Source: Candidatus Woesearchaeota archaeon (GTDB taxonomy: Archaea > Nanobdellota > Nanobdellia > Woesearchaeales > UBA12501). From it: a stretch of DNA of 54,822 nt. The position numbers and the translations under genes were made by a program. The notes beneath the pieces are model-generated. The model had not been told where the DNA came from. It saw only the letters and a program-made list of their open reading frames with translations, and did not search any database. The first letter of the stretch is position 1; the number at the start of each line of letters is the position of its first letter. Positions 35,261-44,243 of this stretch are shown here, piece after piece. The stretch lies in assembly GCA_046484055.1 (NCBI GenBank), contig JAWOBY010000034.1, forward strand, positions 1-54,822, written 5' to 3'.

Positions 35261-37018
35261 ATGAAGTATATCGAACTGGCCAGGACCTACGAAGCTCTGG
35301 AATCCACCAGCAAGAGGCTGGAGAAGACGCACATAATATCAGAGGTCCTGAAAAAGACAGGGGAGGATGACATTGAGCAGATCAGCCTGCTCCTCCAGGG
35401 GAGAGTTTTTCCTGCATGGGATGAGAGCACTGTGGGTATCGCCTCAAGGAATGTTCTCAGGGCCATAAGCACATCAACAGGCATAAGCGCTGAGAAGGTG
35501 GAGTCAGAATGGAGCAGGGCAGGGGATCTGGGAAATGTCGCTGAAAATCTGATCAGGAACAAGAGGCAGCAGACACTGTCCACAAGCGAGCTCACTGCGG
35601 GGAAAGTGTTCAGCAATATAAGGAAGCTTGCAAATCTTGAGGGGCAGGGATCTGTTGACAGGAAGATACAGCTGATAGCGGAGCTGCTCACGAGCGCAAA
35701 GCCGATAGAAGCGAGGTATGTGGTGAGGACTGTGCTTGAGGACCTGAGGGTGGGCGTAGCTGCGGGCACAATGAGGGATGCGGTGGTATGGGCGTTCTTC
35801 GGCGATGAGATAAGGATAAATTATGATGAGGAGAACAAGAAGATAGAGCCCGAGGACAGGGAGAGGTACAATGAGATCCTTGATGCTGTCCAGGAAGCGT
35901 TCGACGTCTGCAATGATTTCTCAAAAGTTGCCAGGGCCATAAAAGAGAAAGGCCTGAAAGGACTGGAGGGGATAAAGGTTGAGGCAGGAAAGCCGATAAA
36001 GGTCATGCTCTTCCAGAAAGCTGCTGATGTCGGCGATGCATTCGAGAAGGTCGGGAAGCCTGCTGCAATAGAGTTCAAATATGATGGCTTCAGGCTGCAG
36101 GTCCATAAGCAGGGGGATGAGATAAAGCTCTTTACCAGGCGCCTTGAGGATGTGACAAGGCAGTTCCCTGATCTTGTGGAGGCGGTCAGGGAAAATGTTA
36201 AGGGCGAAAGCTTCATACTTGACGCAGAAGCTGTGGGTTTTGATCCTGAAACAGGAAGATACCTCCCTTTCCAGAGCATAAGCCAGCGCATAAAGAGGAA
36301 GTACGACATAGAGAGCATGGCAAGACAGTTCCCTGTGGAACTCAATGTGTTTGACATAATAAGCCATGAGGGAAAGAACCTCATGAAAGAGCCGTTCAGG
36401 AAGAGAAGGGATATCCTGGAGAGCATAGTGAAGCAGAAGGACAAGGAGATAATACTCGCAAGACAGATAATAACGGATGATGAGGGGGAAGCAGGGGAGT
36501 TCTACAAGGAAAGCCTGGGCAAGGGGGAAGAGGGAGTTATGGCCAAGAACCTTGACGGGATATACAAGCCGGGCAGCAGGGTCGGCTATGGCGTCAAGAT
36601 AAAGCCTGTCATGGAGACACTGGATGTGGTGATAGTCGGCGCGGAGTGGGGCACAGGGAAGAGATCAGGATGGCTCAGCTCTTACTCAATCGCTTGCAAG
36701 GATGAGGAGACAGGCGAGCTGAAGGAGATAGGCAAGGTAGGCACAGGAGTGAAAGAGCTTGAGGGTTCAGGGGTCACATTCGACATCCTCACCAACATGC
36801 TGAAGCCCCTCATCACAGAAGAGAAAGGGAGGGAAGTGAGAGTCAAGCCAAGGATAGTCATCGAGGTCAATTATGAGGAGATACAGAAGTCACCCACCTA
36901 CTCATCAGGATATGCCCTGAGATTCCCAAGGGTGGTAAGGATAAGGGAAGACCGCGGGCCTGATGATGTATCGACCACAGCCACAGTAAAAGAGCTGTAT
37001 GAAGGACAGAAAGCGTGA
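35261..37018 (+). CDS. lig: ATP-dependent DNA ligase
   Basis: Adenylation motif EFKYDGFRLQVH and motif VI-like RFPRVVRIREDR. TATA TTAAATTTATAAAG (35226-35239) lies about 25 nt upstream of the ATG at 35261, so the ORF-track start at 35222 is unlikely. Confidence 0.9.
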   Translation: MKYIELARTYEALESTSKRLEKTHIISEVLKKTGEDDIEQISLLLQGRVFPAWDESTVGIASRNVLRAISTSTGISAEKVESEWSRAGDLGNVAENLIRNKRQQTLSTSELTAGKVFSNIRKLANLEGQGSVDRKIQLIAELLTSAKPIEARYVVRTVLEDLRVGVAAGTMRDAVVWAFFGDEIRINYDEENKKIEPEDRERYNEILDAVQEAFDVCNDFSKVARAIKEKGLKGLEGIKVEAGKPIKVMLFQKAADVGDAFEKVGKPAAIEFKYDGFRLQVHKQGDEIKLFTRRLEDVTRQFPDLVEAVRENVKGESFILDAEAVGFDPETGRYLPFQSISQRIKRKYDIESMARQFPVELNVFDIISHEGKNLMKEPFRKRRDILESIVKQKDKEIILARQIITDDEGEAGEFYKESLGKGEEGVMAKNLDGIYKPGSRVGYGVKIKPVMETLDVVIVGAEWGTGKRSGWLSSYSIACKDEETGELKEIGKVGTGVKELEGSGVTFDILTNMLKPLITEEKGREVRVKPRIVIEVNYEEIQKSPTYSSGYALRFPRVVRIREDRGPDDVSTTATVKELYEGQKA

Positions 37019-37084
37019 TGCAGGAGGCATGATAACAGACAGAATATTGGAACTCAGGATGCCTCTTATTATCATCGCTCATCA

Positions 37085-37507
37085 TCATCGCTTTTTCTTA
37101 TCCTTATGAATGCTCATGAGCCTGAGAGTGAGCACAAAGAACTTTGTCTCATTGGCCCTTCCCTTGCTGTAAAGACAGAGAACATCCATGAGCAGATGGA
37201 GCAGGACTCCGGCAACAGCTATGAAAAGGACAGGGGAGAAAAGGCTGACAGCTGAAAGCCCCACAACAAACTCTGCTGAGTGGAATACGCAGAGGACATT
37301 GGAATACCTGTTGCCCAGGCAGAAATGGTAGGCCCTTCTAAGGCTGATGTCTTTCCTCTCTATCACATAGGTTATATAATGATCAACATCAATGAAGAAT
37401 CCTGAGAGCGCAAGAAGCGAATGAATGCCGTAGTAAGGATAAAACACCGCAGCAAGAGCGAGCGAAGCGATAAGATGGTATTGGAGCCTCATGGACCTGA
37501 GGCTCAT
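37085..37507 (-). CDS. Small membrane protein (DUF457/YdjM-like metal-dependent hydrolase fold is possible)
   Basis: 4 TM segments with conserved-looking His/Asp (FIDVDHY, LLHLLMD). Confidence 0.4.
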   Translation of the reverse strand: MSLRSMRLQYHLIASLALAAVFYPYYGIHSLLALSGFFIDVDHYITYVIERKDISLRRAYHFCLGNRYSNVLCVFHSAEFVVGLSAVSLFSPVLFIAVAGVLLHLLMDVLCLYSKGRANETKFFVLTLRLMSIHKDKKKR

Positions 37508-37598
37508 ATCTTGTTTTATATATTTTACGGCGGCCTTTAGAAGCTGGGCTTGACCATGATTGATTCCTGACTTATGCCTGATGCATGTCTCGCATGTC

Positions 37599-38294
37599 TC
37601 ATTTTATGACCTTGAGATGATCAGGCCTGCGCTTTTTTCCATCATCCTCTCTCTCATCCCTTGATTCCCGGACAGCTTCGTCAATGGCCTCTTCAAGCTC
37701 ATCATTCACCCCTGTGAGCGCGAACTCCAGATCAGAGAAGGGCATTATTTTCTCCTCCCTGTTAATGCCGTCTTCCCTCATGAAGCAGTCATTGAATAAT
37801 GAGATGTTATACATGTCAAATTCAGGCTCATAATGCCTGCAGACAGCATTTTTCAGCCTCATTATGCCTCCCATCCTGTGTACCTGTTTTCCTTCAACAA
37901 TGATGCCCCAATCAATCGAGCCTTTATCCTTATAGAAGAACCTGCTCCTTAACCCCTTATCATATTCCGTTTCCAGGCAGGCCATGAACTGGTCAGCATT
38001 TTCCGGCTTGGAATCCCCTGAAAAGAAAGAGAATATGTAGGAAGGGTCGAATGTTATCACACCATGTTTCCTGACAGGCCCGTCATACCCTACTGCTGTC
38101 ATCACCACCTCATCATCCTTTGTGATGAGAGGGTAACCTGCCAAAGGCCCTGATTCCACAAGGTCCATGCTCGCAGGAGTTTTACTCACAAGAAAGAGAT
38201 ATAGATCATCATTGTCCTTCTTACCGTCAATGGAATTGAGGACTGTTTCTTTTATGGATGCCTTGCCTTCAGAAGTGTATAATCCCCGGAACAT
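37599..38294 (-). CDS. Hypothetical protein with an acidic C-terminal tail
   Basis: Long ORF with codon usage like its neighbours. No recognisable motif. Confidence 0.5.
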   Translation of the reverse strand: MFRGLYTSEGKASIKETVLNSIDGKKDNDDLYLFLVSKTPASMDLVESGPLAGYPLITKDDEVVMTAVGYDGPVRKHGVITFDPSYIFSFFSGDSKPENADQFMACLETEYDKGLRSRFFYKDKGSIDWGIIVEGKQVHRMGGIMRLKNAVCRHYEPEFDMYNISLFNDCFMREDGINREEKIMPFSDLEFALTGVNDELEEAIDEAVRESRDEREDDGKKRRPDHLKVIK

Positions 38295-38409
38295 GTTATC
38301 TTTTCCTGTCTCTTTTTCCTCTTCTCACACGCTTCGTTCTTCTCTTGAAGGGGTATTCTGCCGGAATAAAAGAGATTACGCCTCTTCAATCTGTTTCTTA
38401 AAGTGATCC

Positions 38410-38718
38410 TTATGCTTTTTTGTCCGCTTCATACAACCTGTCAGCGAGGGAGTTTATCCTCTCAGTATAGTCAGGGCCTTCATACTTGCCTTGTGCCCTT
38501 GCCCTCTCAAGGCCTTCAGCTTTCCTGATCTTATTCCTGCATCTGGGAACCCCTCCTGATTTGTTGAAGCCCGCAAGATTCCTGTAGCCCAATAGCTGAG
38601 CCGCGCTCTCTGTGTCCCCTCTCTTTATACTGTCTTCTACCTTCCCCACATAGTCAGAAAGCTCTCTTGGATTCCTCATCCAGTAAGGCCTGATATTATT
38701 ACTGCTTTGGTTCGGCAT
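38410..38718 (-). CDS. Hypothetical 102-aa protein
   Basis: ORF preceded by the conserved promoter at 38807-38822. Confidence 0.5.
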   Translation of the reverse strand: MPNQSSNNIRPYWMRNPRELSDYVGKVEDSIKRGDTESAAQLLGYRNLAGFNKSGGVPRCRNKIRKAEGLERARAQGKYEGPDYTERINSLADRLYEADKKA

Positions 38719-38806
38719 TTTAAGGTTCTACCTAAATTTTAAAGTTCTCTTAGAAAGCTCTAAGAGGCTCTTTTAACCTCTTTTTTACGTCCTGTGTCCG
38801 GACCGA

Positions 38807-38822
38807 TATTTAAATGTTGCGG
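38807..38822 (-). promoter_or_regulatory. BRE/TATA (CCGCAACATTTAAATA)
   Basis: 15 of 16 positions match the conserved 16-mer. Lies about 90 nt upstream of the ATG at 38718. Confidence 0.5.
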
Positions 38823-38852
38823 ATATGAGTGCAGAAGCGGCCTAAAATCCTT

Positions 38853-40781
38853 TTAAATCTCCTGTCCATCGCCCCCTGTCTCAGATATCTCCTCCTCCAC
38901 AAGAGAGTCTATATCAGAGAGGCATCTCATTATTATGTTCTGGCAGTCCCTGGCCTTCTGTCTCAGCTGGGTATCATCAGTTGCGTGCTGGATCTGGGAG
39001 AACCTGTCCATCATCTGCCTAAAGAATCTTATAAGGTCGCCTTCAAGCAGGTTCGTGTTCTTGAGTATCTCCAGTATGCGGCTGCCATTATAGCATGGGT
39101 TCACCAGGGCTGTCAGAGGGAGGAGATGAGAGAACCTGTTTTTCATTCCCTTGTGCTGGAAAAGCTTTCTCTTGAGGTCAGATATCTCTCCCGAGGGGTA
39201 TTTTTTGTAGAATTCGGTCTTCTCTCTCGGCTCATAGCACAATGAAGCTATCACCATCATCATCTGGTAATCGTCCAGCTGCTTGTATAAGTCTGTGGCG
39301 AATATCTCGCCGGTCATTATCTCGTCAGCGTATATCTTTGATGAGAATCTGCCCTTGCGTGTCAGCCTGCCGTCCTTTATGTAGCCGAGCCTCTCCAGAT
39401 TTTTCCTGATCTTCCTGAAAGAGTTCCTTATCTCGCTCTTCTGCCTGTGCTGGTATGTGTAGAAGCTCATCCTCAGTATGCTCTCTATCTCTTCAGGGGT
39501 GTGCTGGTCTGTTATGTTAAGAACAGTATTCACTGAAAGCCTGAACTGGGACATTATCGGCTCTATGTCCTTGGAGGTTATCCGCTTCAGGATATCATAA
39601 TTGAAATCCCTCCTGTCCACCATCATATAGACAAATCCTTCCTTGTCTATGCCTCTTCTTCCGGCCCTGCCTGCTATCTGGAAATACTCTTTAGAGTTGA
39701 GGAACCTGAAATTCACGCCGTCAAATTTTCTCGGAGACTTGAAGCAGACTGTCTTCGCAGGCATGTTCATCCCTACAGCGAATGTCTCTGTGGTGTATAA
39801 CACTCTTATCTTGCCCCGGGCGAACAGTTCTTCCACTATGCCTTTCATGAGGGGTATGAGGCCGGCGTGATGGAATGCTATGCCATAAGGGAGGGTTTCC
39901 CTGAGCATCTTTGTGGATTTAAGGCTTTGTATCTCTTTTGACGCGCCCTCAAGCCTCTTCCTCACAAATGACATTATCGTGTGATCGCGATCGAACATTT
40001 TGGACCTGGCCAGCTCGAGAGCGAGCTGCTGGCAGCCTTTTCTTGAGAAGTTAAAGAAGAAGCAGGGCAGCTTGTCCGTTATCCCGCTGATGAGGTGTAT
40101 GTGGTTGGGAGGGCTGATCCTCGGCCTTCTCCGCTTACCCCTGCCGCGTGCAGGCAGATCCCTGACAGACCTTATCTCCTCAAGTGTCGTTATGCCCAGC
40201 TCAGTATCATAGAACCTCTTGTGCAATGGCACGTTCCTCTCGTTGTGGAGTACTGTGTCTACATTATGGTTTTTTATCGATTGTATCCATGACGCGAACT
40301 CCTTCGCGTTCGGTATGGTTGCTGAGAGGCAGAGGAATCTCACATTATCCTGCGAGAAGATTATGGATTCCTCCCACACATAACCCCTCTCGATATCGTT
40401 TATGTAATGGATCTCATCCAGAATGACATAGGACACTGAAGCTATGGGCTTGTCATTGGTGAGCGCCATGTTCCTGTAGACTTCAGTTGTCATGACGAGT
40501 ATCTGCGCTTCAGGGTTTATCACTATGTCGCCTGTGAGCAGGCCCACCTTGTCCTTCCCGTAATCAGAGACGAAATCATTGTATTTCTGGTTGGAAAGCG
40601 CCTTTATAGGGGCTGTGTATATGACCCTTATGCCTTCCCTGATATCCCTGTCTATTATGTAATCCGCTATAAGTGTCTTGCCCGATCCTGTGGGGGCTGA
40701 AACAACCACTGAATGGTTCTTATCTATCGCCTGTATGGCCTCCTCCTGGAACCTGTCCAGTTTAAGCCCTTTGTATTCCAT
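38853..40781 (-). CDS. Ski2/Mtr4/HelY-like DExH-box RNA helicase (full length)
   Basis: LDRFQEEAI, SAPTGSGKT, DEIH, SATIPN, FHHAGL and QIAGRAGRRG. TATA TTTTATAAA at 40807-40815 abuts the upstream ATG at 40805, so the ATG at 40781 is the likely leaderless start. Confidence 0.85.
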   Translation of the reverse strand: MEYKGLKLDRFQEEAIQAIDKNHSVVVSAPTGSGKTLIADYIIDRDIREGIRVIYTAPIKALSNQKYNDFVSDYGKDKVGLLTGDIVINPEAQILVMTTEVYRNMALTNDKPIASVSYVILDEIHYINDIERGYVWEESIIFSQDNVRFLCLSATIPNAKEFASWIQSIKNHNVDTVLHNERNVPLHKRFYDTELGITTLEEIRSVRDLPARGRGKRRRPRISPPNHIHLISGITDKLPCFFFNFSRKGCQQLALELARSKMFDRDHTIMSFVRKRLEGASKEIQSLKSTKMLRETLPYGIAFHHAGLIPLMKGIVEELFARGKIRVLYTTETFAVGMNMPAKTVCFKSPRKFDGVNFRFLNSKEYFQIAGRAGRRGIDKEGFVYMMVDRRDFNYDILKRITSKDIEPIMSQFRLSVNTVLNITDQHTPEEIESILRMSFYTYQHRQKSEIRNSFRKIRKNLERLGYIKDGRLTRKGRFSSKIYADEIMTGEIFATDLYKQLDDYQMMMVIASLCYEPREKTEFYKKYPSGEISDLKRKLFQHKGMKNRFSHLLPLTALVNPCYNGSRILEILKNTNLLEGDLIRFFRQMMDRFSQIQHATDDTQLRQKARDCQNIIMRCLSDIDSLVEEEISETGGDGQEI

Positions 40782-40864
40782 GCCCTGAGCTGTTGCTGAG
40801 GCCATTTATAAAATATTCGATGTTCAGAGATGATATGGGCCCTCAGATGGCAGGCCCTGAAATC

Positions 40865-41293
40865 TCATTCGAAATGATCCTCATAACAGAATTCCTGTTT
40901 TATGCCCTTCATGCTCGGACAGTTGCCTTTTTCCTCTATGAGATTGCCGTAGAGAAATTCCTTGTATCTTCTTATGAGGTCTGCACAGTCTGAGCATCTC
41001 TTGAAATCAGTGCCGATCTCTACATGGAAATCCTTTTCATCTATTTTTGTGAGCTTTGTGGGCGTGCTGGCATTCTCTTTGAAATATGAATATATCGTGT
41101 CAATGAACCTGCTGTCTTTTATTGTTTCTGAGAGCTTCAGGTGGAGAACACATTTTTTTGGGGCTGTAAAGCTTGTCATCTCCTTCCTTACAATCATGCA
41201 TCTGGCTGTCCTCATCCTCTGCACTTTCTCCTTCTGACGCTTCTCCATCCGGGCAGGCAGCTTCAGGCTTCCATCAGGGTTGAATTCCACCAT
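40865..41293 (-). CDS. Hypothetical protein
   Basis: 142-aa ORF. BRE/TATA at 41315-41330 lies about 25 nt upstream of the ATG. Confidence 0.5.
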   Translation of the reverse strand: MVEFNPDGSLKLPARMEKRQKEKVQRMRTARCMIVRKEMTSFTAPKKCVLHLKLSETIKDSRFIDTIYSYFKENASTPTKLTKIDEKDFHVEIGTDFKRCSDCADLIRRYKEFLYGNLIEEKGNCPSMKGIKQEFCYEDHFE

Positions 41294-41390
41294 AAAACTG
41301 CTGTTTTGAAGGGGGTTTAAATTTTTTTGGAATACGGCCTTAATGCAGAAAAATTTGGTGGATTATCCGGCCCGAAGGAGGCCAAGCAAT

Positions 41391-41395
41391 AAAAA
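41391..41395 (-). terminator. T5 run after tRNA-Arg
   Basis: AAAAA on the plus strand immediately 3' of the tRNA. Confidence 0.4.
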
Positions 41396-41467
41396 CGCCC
41401 CTGCCGGGAATTAAACCCGGGCCTCCAGGACCGCAACCTGGTGTTCTATTCACTAGACTACAGGGGC
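41396..41467 (-). tRNA. tRNA-Arg (GCG) with an unusual elbow
   Basis: GCCCCTG-TA-GTCT-AGTGAATA-GAAC-A-CCAGG-TTGCGGT-CCTGG-AGGC-CCGGG-TTTAATT-CCCGG-CAGGGGC-G. One D-stem mismatch. The D-loop lacks GG and the T-loop reads TTT instead of TTC. Confidence 0.75.
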
Positions 41468-41615
41468 TTATGATGCTTATCCTGTTTGATCACATACTCT
41501 TTTTGATCGTGGGGTTTCCGACCCAAAGGGAGGAACACCCCCCACAAGACGGCCGGGTCAAGGAAGAAGACCCTTGCTGCCGTTTTCTATTCACTAGACT
41601 ACAGGGGCTTATGAT
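41468..41615 (-). other. Non-coding element upstream of tRNA-Arg. It is bounded by a 31-bp direct repeat that duplicates the tRNA 5' end and contains the conserved hairpin.
   Basis: TTCTATTCACTAGACTACAGGGGCTTATGAT occurs at 41444-41474 and 41585-41615 (exact). Hairpin at 41509-41545. A third degenerate copy, CTCCACTAGACTGC, is at 41618-41631. Confidence 0.7.
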
Positions 41616-41649
41616 TCTCCACTAGACTGCATGAGCCTGCGCTCGCAGG

Positions 41650-42543
41650 TCATCCGTTCCTCTTCCTGTTCATCCTCTCCTGGAATCCGTTGAATTTCTG
41701 CTGCATCTTAGGTCTCAGTTTCCCCCTCAACCTCATGTCATAATGGGCTTTCAGTGAGCATCCTGCGTATCTTGACTGCTTGCTTATGGACTTGAAGTTC
41801 GATACGATCCTGTATGTCCTCTTTGTTTCTTCACCAATGAGTATGTTCTTCTTTCTCGCTATAGAGTCGAGGAATTCCTCTGCGGTGCCGGCTTTTGAGC
41901 ATGATACGACCGATCCGAGCCTGCGCAGTGTATGGCCGTCAGAGCCTCCTGTTATTGGCTTATTGTGCGTCCTTGCCCATTCTACTGCCCTGAGATTCAT
42001 ATGCCTCATGCACATGCCTGACAATACCTCGAAGGCGCTTATCCTTTTTATGTGCTTTGAATCGAGTTTGTTGCTCTCGAATTTTTTCTGGGTGTTCCAC
42101 GGGTGTATCGAGGAAGGATGGGCTGCTGAGATGATGCAGTTATAATCGTATGTCTTCTCCATGAGATCGTTGAACCTTATCCTGCTGATGTGGGGATTCT
42201 TTGTGAGGTTCTTCTTTATGACCTTTTCATGATATTCCTTCAGTTCAGAGAGCGAGTAGAAATAAACAAGGAAGTGGGGGCCTTCGCGGCAGGAGACCTC
42301 CATGCCTGGTATGATTGTATTTCCGAATTCCTTGTTCTTGCTCAATGCGTCAGCGCATCCTTTTATTTCATTGTGGTCTGTTATTGCCACCCCTATGCCA
42401 AGTTTACTGCATTTCTTGAGGATGTTCCTTATCCTTGTATAGGTGTCAGAATACCTTGTATGGTAATGCATATCCACGCAGTTATAGCCTTCTGCATTCA
42501 GCTGCCTCAGCAGGGGCTTCCCGAAATGCACCCTCTCTATCAT
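41650..42543 (-). CDS. PHP-family metal-dependent phosphoesterase
   Basis: VDMHYHTRYSD and GVAITDHNEI motifs. TATA AATTTATAAAC lies about 30 nt upstream of the ATG. Confidence 0.75.
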   Translation of the reverse strand: MIERVHFGKPLLRQLNAEGYNCVDMHYHTRYSDTYTRIRNILKKCSKLGIGVAITDHNEIKGCADALSKNKEFGNTIIPGMEVSCREGPHFLVYFYSLSELKEYHEKVIKKNLTKNPHISRIRFNDLMEKTYDYNCIISAAHPSSIHPWNTQKKFESNKLDSKHIKRISAFEVLSGMCMRHMNLRAVEWARTHNKPITGGSDGHTLRRLGSVVSCSKAGTAEEFLDSIARKKNILIGEETKRTYRIVSNFKSISKQSRYAGCSLKAHYDMRLRGKLRPKMQQKFNGFQERMNRKRNG

Positions 42544-42732
42544 AGGGCTGAATCATTCGATTTTGTTTATAAATTTTGCCTTAAGACTGGACAGATGAAG
42601 GCAGAACTGATACAACGAGGGGAACTGATAACCCAGAGAATGACCGGCTCAATGTGGGTGAAGATCCCCAAAATCCCCAGAATCAGGATAATCTTATGGT
42701 ATTAATCAGATGGTGTTTGGTATGATAGCGCT

Positions 42733-42915
42733 TTATTTCGTTTGTGAGCGGGCCTGTTCGGGGCTTTTTGCCTTTTTGCCGTTGCCGGCCCTCTTCCTCT
42801 TGTTCCTTTCCTTGGCCCTCTCGTTCGTAAGAATTCTACGGCAGTCCACACACCATTTCCTCAGCTTATTGAGGCTTGGTATCTCACACCCGCATCTCTG
42901 GCAAACCACTCCCAT
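42733..42915 (-). CDS. Small zinc-ribbon protein with a basic tail
   Basis: MGVVCQRCGCEIPSLNKLRKWCVDCRR followed by a K/R-rich tail. TATA ATATTTATATAT lies about 28 nt upstream of the ATG at 42915, so the longer ORF to 42966 is unsupported. Confidence 0.55.
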   Translation of the reverse strand: MGVVCQRCGCEIPSLNKLRKWCVDCRRILTNERAKERNKRKRAGNGKKAKSPEQARSQTK

Positions 42916-43101
42916 TCTGCTGGATGTGAAACAGGCCGAATATATAAATATTTCCTTTTTGAGCACTTTATAGTGGTATTCAATCCAAAAGATTTATATA
43001 TGTGTTATTTCTATTTAGTGGTGATTATAGGGGGTTGGGTGTGGCAGTTTGAGATCCATCAGGACACAAGCTGATAGAAAGCTGATAGAGGGAAACACAA
43101 A

Positions 43102-43698
43102 ATGGACAGGATGTTCAAAACCTGCGGCTGCAGGCCGGAAAGCCGAAGGCAGGAGAACTACAGGCAGGAAAACCAAAGGCCGGAAAGAAAACCTGGCATC
43201 GCCTGGAGAGCGCTGCCATTCATGATCATATTCCTTCTGGGATGGACAACAGGCAGCATGGCCTCAAACTATGGCGGTATAGGCACAGAAAAGCCGCTTT
43301 CAGCAGGCTTGCTTCTCGGATTCAGCCCTGAACTGGCCTCACCCTCAGACCATATTCCCGAAAAGAGCATCCACGTTCTCGATGACAAGGTAATCCTTGA
43401 TGTGCAGGATGCTCGCTGGGCATCTTTCACAGACACCAACTCAATGGACCCGTTCATAGACAAGGGAGCGAACAGCATAGAGATTGAACCCGAAAGCGAG
43501 GATGACATAAGCGTAGGGGATGTCATATCATTCACCACAGAATATGATAGGGGGATAATAATCCACCGAGTCATAAGCAAAGGCAAGGATGACAAAGGGA
43601 CTTATTACATAACAAAGGGGGACAACAGCCCTTCAAGGGATCCGGGAAAGAGAAGGATTGAGGATGTCAAGGGTGTTGTCGTGGGAGTGATATATTAA
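43102..43698 (+). CDS. Signal peptidase I (S26, archaeal Sec11-like)
   Basis: TM anchor, catalytic-Ser box DTNSMDP, HR box IIIHRVIS and TKGDNSPSRD. Confidence 0.8.
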   Translation: MDRMFKTCGCRPESRRQENYRQENQRPERKPGIAWRALPFMIIFLLGWTTGSMASNYGGIGTEKPLSAGLLLGFSPELASPSDHIPEKSIHVLDDKVILDVQDARWASFTDTNSMDPFIDKGANSIEIEPESEDDISVGDVISFTTEYDRGIIIHRVISKGKDDKGTYYITKGDNSPSRDPGKRRIEDVKGVVVGVIY

Positions 43699-43778
43699 GG
43701 GATGAAATACAAGACAAAGAATGAAATACAAGATAAGACAAGATCAAGGTAAGACAAGGATCAAGGGGATTGCAGAGA

Positions 43779-44189
43779 ATGGCGGAAGGAGATATAGATT
43801 GGGAGGCATGCTACGAATTCATGCGCAGGGTGTCAATGGGAGTGACACCTAAAGTCGCGGAATTCCAGAGAGGTCTCGATCTTGAGACCAACTTGAGGAG
43901 CGAGATCACTCTTCAGAATTTCCCTCCCCGTATAGAGATATCGTTCGCCCCTGACGGGCACCTCCAAAACAGAGAATACTTAAATAAACAGCAGGAGATC
44001 GCGGACTTCGTGGCATCAACAGCAGAGGAATATTCACTGAAGGCTCATAAGGGATTCTACCTGAACAAGAAGGGAAAGAAGAGAGAGTTTGTGAAATCAC
44101 AGTATCATTACACACTAAAGCCTGATTACGAAGAGTTCAGGGAATGCGATGGAGCAGTGGATTCCCGGAGTGAAACACAGAACCAGTAA
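43779..44189 (+). CDS. Hypothetical protein
   Basis: ORF with an ATG at 43779 (the ORF-track TTG is at 43770). No motif recognised. Confidence 0.45.
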   Translation: MAEGDIDWEACYEFMRRVSMGVTPKVAEFQRGLDLETNLRSEITLQNFPPRIEISFAPDGHLQNREYLNKQQEIADFVASTAEEYSLKAHKGFYLNKKGKKREFVKSQYHYTLKPDYEEFRECDGAVDSRSETQNQ

Positions 44190-44243
44190 TGAAATGATTC
44201 TCATAGCAAAAACCTTATAAACACCCCATATAAACTTGTTCTC

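Noticed and set aside
42585-42660. Possible C/D-box sRNA (ATGAAG ... CTGA ... CTGA ... ATGA)
   Set aside because: The boxes deviate from RUGAUGA. The C-to-D' spacing is about 6 nt, too short for a guide. No terminal stem or k-turn arrangement is present.
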